This document shows positions 62,169-64,000 of a stretch of 64,000 bases of DNA, in pieces (position 1 is the first letter of the stretch; each line of letters starts with the position of its first letter). The notes beneath the pieces were generated by a model. That model saw only the letters and a list, made by a program, of their open reading frames with translations. It had not been told where the DNA came from and did not search any database. A program made the position numbers and the translations under genes. This DNA is from a virus (taxonomy: Duplodnaviria > Caudoviricetes): IMG/VR virus record IMGVR_UViG_3300033757_000347, one strand, 5' to 3'.

Positions 62169-62771
62169 ATGGCTGGTCTACCACATTTCAAAAATCACAC
62201 AGCTGGTCCGAACAGGTACGAACCTATATACCTAAACCAGTTCGAGGTTATTATTACTCCACCTCCGGCGGTTTCGGCTAAGATCGGTTTCAACAATAAC
62301 TTAACTCTGGAGCACGTTAACAAGGTTGGTCCACTTCCTGAACTAGCAGGTAACGCAGGCGGACCGCTGCAGGTTCAGAGGTACAAATTCGCGGAAAGAG
62401 CTTACTCAGCTGCACGTCCAGCTACGACGCTGTCTAAGTTCACGATAGAATTCTCTCTGAACTTGAACGAGGATAACGACAACTACATCTACAACGCGTT
62501 CAGAGCATGGGCAGACTTGATCTACAATCCGATGACTGGTGCCCAAGGACTAAAAAGAGATTACGCAGGAACAACGGCTAACCCGGCTATCGTTCAGATC
62601 ACCCAGTTCAACAAAGCAGGTCTGATCTTCAGGGAATTCGTTTTCAATCCTGTGTTCCTGGACAGCGCTAAGTTCAACGAACTTCAGCTGGATTACGCAG
62701 GAGAGCAGATAGCTACTCTAACCGTTCCGTTCGTTGCTGACCGTTACGTTGAAACCAGAGTTGGTCAGTAA
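62169..62771 (+). CDS. Tail tube protein (gp19-like)
   Basis: EPIYLNQFEV, FRAWADLIYNPMTG.QGLKRDYAG, LDYAG; late promoter. Confidence 0.8.
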   Translation: MAGLPHFKNHTAGPNRYEPIYLNQFEVIITPPPAVSAKIGFNNNLTLEHVNKVGPLPELAGNAGGPLQVQRYKFAERAYSAARPATTLSKFTIEFSLNLNEDNDNYIYNAFRAWADLIYNPMTGAQGLKRDYAGTTANPAIVQITQFNKAGLIFREFVFNPVFLDSAKFNELQLDYAGEQIATLTVPFVADRYVETRVGQ

Positions 62772-62788
62772 AAACACAGAACCAAGAA

Positions 62789-63478
62789 ATGGACATATTT
62801 GACGTAAAAAGAAGAGATTTTCCTAAGCTCGATCGGTTTGCCGGCCGGAATGCCAAACCTTTTGGCGGACCAGGTGAAAAAGAAGACTTTCAGGGAAATA
62901 AGCGCAAATCCCTTAATAAATATCAAAGAGTGATTGAGCGCGACTGGAAGACTGAAGGCAGCCTTCACAATCCTGTTACGGGAGAAGAAATGTTCCAGCC
63001 CAATTACGATAGCGCTTGGCACGCAGTGACAAGCGACAAAGTTAGCAGAGATGCAAAGAAAAAACCTACTGATGTCATGACCGCAAAAGCAACAATTTTT
63101 ACACAACCTGTCGAGGAAAACAAGATAATGAGATTCGAACAGTTCGTTAACGAAAATTTCGAAAATCCAGAAATTGGAAACGAAGAAGAATCAATGCAGC
63201 CTGAATACATGCAGACAGAAGAAGTCGACGACCAGGTAAATCTAGAGGATGAAATCGATTCCGGATACGAAGTTGACGAAGAACAACTCGAACAGCTCAT
63301 GGAAGAATACGGAGACGACCTAAACGAATTACTTGACAAGATCGTTACCGAAATGGAAATCGAAAAAGAAGAAGCTGGCGAATTACTAGCGGCTGCATTC
63401 GAAAAGATTTGCAAGGAAGAAGAAACTGAAGAAACCGGCGAGGAAACAGGTGATGAATCTACCGAAGAAGGAGCATAA
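62789..63478 (+). CDS. Acidic putative internal protein
   Basis: KIMRFEQFVNE internal motif; Glu-rich tail. Confidence 0.6.
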   Translation: MDIFDVKRRDFPKLDRFAGRNAKPFGGPGEKEDFQGNKRKSLNKYQRVIERDWKTEGSLHNPVTGEEMFQPNYDSAWHAVTSDKVSRDAKKKPTDVMTAKATIFTQPVEENKIMRFEQFVNENFENPEIGNEEESMQPEYMQTEEVDDQVNLEDEIDSGYEVDEEQLEQLMEEYGDDLNELLDKIVTEMEIEKEEAGELLAAAFEKICKEEETEETGEETGDESTEEGA

Positions 63479-63504
63479 CATCAGAAGACTTACTATACAC
63501 TTAC

Positions 63505-63532
63505 AAAAAAGGGGCTTAACCGCCCCTTTTTT
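63505..63532. terminator. Bidirectional terminator
   Basis: AAAAAAGGGGC-TTAACC-GCCCCTTTTTT. Confidence 0.8.
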
Positions 63533-63929
63533 ATTGTGATTTGAGAATCTTTACGCTATTAGGAACTCGGAGTTCTCCGTCAAAATCCACTAGTATGGGT
63601 TCGAACTGGACGTCCGAGTACGTTCCTGACAGAAAGTCGATAGTGTTCAGAATCGTGTTGGTAGTAAGGTTTGAGTTTATGTAAACTATCCTCTTGTACT
63701 TGCGATTTCGAACGTTTATCGCTTTATCGATTATCTTTTTGATCTCGTAGTTTATCAAAAAAGCTTGGATCTTGTTTGGAACTACTATCTCGTGAGAGAA
63801 CTTGTCTCTCATGATCTTGTTAACGTTCAATAGGTAATCGGATTTACCTTTCTTGTGAAAGACCTGGATGAACTGTTTCTGGTCAGTCACGAATACTACC
63901 TGTAAAGCTCTTACTGGGTCTTCAATCAT
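63531..63929 (-). CDS. Hypothetical protein
   Basis: 132-aa ORF. Confidence 0.65.
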   Translation of the reverse strand: MIEDPVRALQVVFVTDQKQFIQVFHKKGKSDYLLNVNKIMRDKFSHEIVVPNKIQAFLINYEIKKIIDKAINVRNRKYKRIVYINSNLTTNTILNTIDFLSGTYSDVQFEPILVDFDGELRVPNSVKILKSQ

Positions 63930-64000
63930 TCAGCTGGGTTTAGTTTCTTTATCTCAATTCCGGCTTTCTTCAGCAGTTCCAGACCGGTGACGTCCCGGTA

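Overview
64 kb from a large T4-like (jumbo) myophage genome. The host is probably Bacteroidota, judged from TAnnTTTG promoters in the IS elements, a Bacteroidota-type lipoprotein and a captured host segment. The window holds head genes (portal gp20, gp2, gp4, fused protease-core gp21/22, MCP gp23), neck, baseplate and tail-tube genes, replication genes (primase, C-terminal half of a split PolB, UvsW/UvsY), a ClpC without N-domain, DnaJ, a SET protein, two HxGH nucleotidyltransferases, three AT-rich homing endonucleases and a glycosyltransferase/ACP/acetyltransferase cluster. Most unusual: (i) an intact IS200/IS605 element (tnpA+tnpB) plus, about 14 kb away, a nested non-autonomous derivative containing a 234-bp protein-free MITE that keeps a promoter and a fully covarying TnpB omega-RNA scaffold, whose guide position is occupied by a solitary Cas12a-type CRISPR repeat; (ii) a decaying captured host segment in which only a lipoprotein gene stays intact; (iii) about 18 proteins sharing a motif like the T4 capsid-targeting sequence; (iv) candidate structured RNAs, one closing a 12-bp long-range stem around a whole gene. 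All calls come from reading the sequence by eye; no searches were run.
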